Origin: Podarcis tiliguerta
Taxonomy: Eukaryota
Direction: 5' to 3' (one strand)
DNA: 64,000 nucleotides
Assembly: GCA_965153285.1 (NCBI GenBank)
Contig: OZ229117.1
The stretch's first letter is position 1. Each line of letters begins with the position of its first letter. The notes under the pieces are model-generated. The model was not told the origin of the DNA, did no database searches, and was given only the letters and a program-made list of their open reading frames with translations. Made by a program: the position numbers and the translations under genes. Below are positions 61,128 to 64,000 of this stretch, one piece after another.

Positions 61128-61953
61128 ATTTCTACAGAAGAGAAGGCCAGGCACAACAGTTCTGTACAGAGAGCACAATACCCTGAATGTTAATGTGGTG
61201 GCTGATTTATGTCCCCCTCCATCTACATGTAACATCTTAAAGAACTCTGGCATGGTTCAGGGTCAAGCAGAATGAACTCTGCATCCAGTTTTGGAGAAGC
61301 TTAGTACACCCAGCTGTAAAAGCCAAGTCAACCTGCATCTTCAAAGAAGGAGTGTGTGGTCCACACTCTGAAATGGGAAGAACTCCTGGGAAGAATTAGC
61401 CCCTCCATGATAAATGCTATCTAATGAGAGACTAGTGAAGACCACCCAGAATTACAGAATTTCCCAATGCTAGGTCTTCCTAAAACTCAACTACTAGCCA
61501 ATGACTACAATATATTCTTTTTGTGCCTTTTGGCTTGCCTGTAGAAAAGGAGCAGAGTCACATGAATGCTCTGGCCCAAAGTTTCAGCTGGGACTTCAGT
61601 TTATCCATGTTGGAGGAGAACGATCCTCTTTGGGTCTATGGTATTGAGTTAATCCCAAATGGCAGATACATGCTGCTGAGAAAGAAGAGATACACCATCA
61701 TACCAGCAGGGTTTGTGGGCTTTAAGCTGAGTGACCTATTCAACAAGGCTTCTTGTAAGCATTCATGTATTTGCTGAAGGTTTTACTCCTCTAAGGGCTT
61801 TCTCCTCAGTTTCTCCAATATCCCAAAGTAGCAGAACTCTCACTTCCAAGATTCCAGACATGCTTGATTAATATTGCTCCTATCTGCACACAAGGTAGTT
61901 TCCTTCAATATATTTTTAATGATTGGGGGTGGCAGAACTGCAAACCCACCATG

Positions 61954-62289
61954 CAGACCTTCCAAGTGTCCCTATTTTCCAGGGACGTCCCTGATTTAAA
62001 GAAGCTGTCCTGGTTTCTGATTTGATCCCACTTTTCCTTAGGACACCCCTATTTTCACTGGAGAAATGTTGTAGGGTATGGAGTTGCTTGACTCCTGAGC
62101 CATCTGAAGGCAATCCTGTACAGGGAAGATTTTTTAAAATGTTTTATGTTTTATTATATTTATATATATATTGAAAGCTGCCTGGAGTGGCTGGGGCAAC
62201 CCAGAAAGATGTGTGGGGTATAAATAGTAAAATTATCATTATGGAATGGAGCATTCCTATTTTCACTGGAGAAATGTTAAGAGGGTATG
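61954..62289. mobile_element. Composite non-autonomous DNA element carrying an internal L2 3' tail
   Basis: Termini CAGACCTTCCAA / GAGGGTATG, flanking direct repeat caccatg, duplicated right end, internal L2-like tail ~62130-62240. Confidence 0.65.
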
Positions 62290-64000
62290 CACCATGTGAA
62301 TTCAAAATAAATCTTGGCAAACTTCATATTGTTATCACGGCTATTTTGTCTCTGTCTCTCTTCAGTATCCATCGCTGCTTATCTTGACTGATTCTCTTCC
62401 CAGCATGTTAAGGCTGCAATTTCTGAGTTAGCCTTTACAGCAATTTGATTGTCCTCTCTATAAATTATCTGGAGTTGGAGCCTACTGTATTCAGCACTGC
62501 TGAAATATAAATAACTGTTTTTTAAATAGACCAAGTTCACTCACTTAAAACTTTAAAACTACAAATCTAGGGGCAGTCTCTATGATGAAAACTTAAGTGC
62601 GAACCACCCCTTCGGAACAAACTGCAGGATGCTGACCACAGTAATTGTAATTATTCGGATTTAAGTTTTTTAGTTTTTAAAGTCAGAGAAACATTTAATT
62701 AATTAAACATTTAATACTATTAGCAAAGAGATAGAAAGAATATTGAAAAATTATTCTTATTCAATTAATATGGTCCCCTATATAAATACCATATTGTGGA
62801 ATATGCTAGTTTTCTTTAGTTTTTGTTAATATGAACTCCCATAGGTTCAGTTTTTGAAAGGAAGTGGATTGACTGTCAGACAACTAATGCCTAGAAGTAA
62901 CAGACACATAGTTCTTCTCATCAGCTATATCAGATGCTTGAAAATGATCTCAAAATATGAAAATCAACAGTAAAGTATTTCTGTGGATTTAAAGTGCTAG
63001 CAGTTTTCAAAATATCTTGCAACTGTTGTTCTCTTTTGACTGAATTAGCTTCTGAAGTGCAGAATGAAACTACACTGGATGATTTGTTAACTAAAGTAGT
63101 CTTGGATCTAATTACCAATCTCCCCGATACACAATTAAATCCACAGATTTCATTAGGGAAAGTATTCAAATATATCAGCATTGAGCAGTGCTGTAAAGTT
63201 TTACCCTAGACTTAAGCCTTGTACTACCAAACCAAGAGGCTCATTTTCAGGGTTGAACATACTAGAGAAGGCACTCCTATCTAAATTGAATGCACTGAAC
63301 ACATTGCTTAGTCCAGCTATGCTCTGATAATAAATAGCCTTATGGAGAAGGCTAGACTAGGCCAGACACATGATGTTCTATTACAAATATTACATGGTCA
63401 GTCAAGCAATCTCAGCCCATGAGAGGAAAACCCTGGAGCACATCCATTAGTGAGGGTATTATAAAGTTGGAGGCATTCCAGATGAACAAGAATTTGAATG
63501 CCAACTGCCAATTCAGGTTTGCCCCTTCATAACAAAAACAGTCGTCATTCCCCTAAACAGAAGAAAATGATCCAGCAATAGGAATTTTATTTTAAAAGAA
63601 CAAATGTATGAGGCTGAATAGGTGATAACTTAAGTTTAAAAAATATTTTGGTAACTGGATTCAAACACACCTACATTTAGCAGGTATCAACTATCCCTTC
63701 ACATATCACCTAATCACTTTCAGGACCAAACAGAAAGCCATGTAAGCTGAATCATTCATGGTTTCATCAAGCCATGTGGTGGTGGGGAAATGAAAGTAGA
63801 AGCCACAAACCCAGAACACTGCTGCAGATTTCATTTCTGTCCTGGTTTGCAAGGCAGCATTCTCTGGCCCATTCAAATACTCCCATTTAGTTCTAAACTG
63901 GCAACTACTACATCAAAATATAATATATCTGAGGAGTCCAGCACCACCATAGGGGCAAAAGAGGAAATGTGCAATAATAATTTCCCCTAGTTCTAAGTCT

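Overview
Vertebrate genomic DNA. The repeat content (CR1/L2/L1 LINE tails, tRNA-headed SINEs with CR1 tails, hAT and pogo-type MITEs) suggests a squamate, probably a lacertid-like lizard; this is an inference. The window holds the conserved block WWP2(-) / NOB1(+) / NQO1(+) / NFAT5(-). It covers the 5' end of WWP2 (non-coding exon 1 plus 3 C2-domain coding exons) and complete NOB1 (9 exons, 423 aa, one GC-AG intron). It also covers complete NQO1 (6 exons, 275 aa) and NFAT5 from exon 4 to its ~4.7 kb 3'UTR; the first NFAT5 exons lie beyond the right edge. All exon boundaries were read by hand and the frames join correctly. Exon numbers follow the human genes from memory. There are two N-gaps. 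I found no convincingly new biological system. The best leads are an NQO2-like Asn at the catalytic His161 position of NQO1, an ARE only ~27 bp from the NQO1 TATA box, and a compact CLEAR/ETS/ZNF143 bidirectional WWP2-NOB1 promoter. Others are an overlapping uORF on the WWP2 start, SINEs sharing one CR1 tail under different tRNA heads (Lys and Ile), and candidate unannotated exons or promoters in WWP2 and NFAT5 introns. Most ORFs in the supplied track are spurious.
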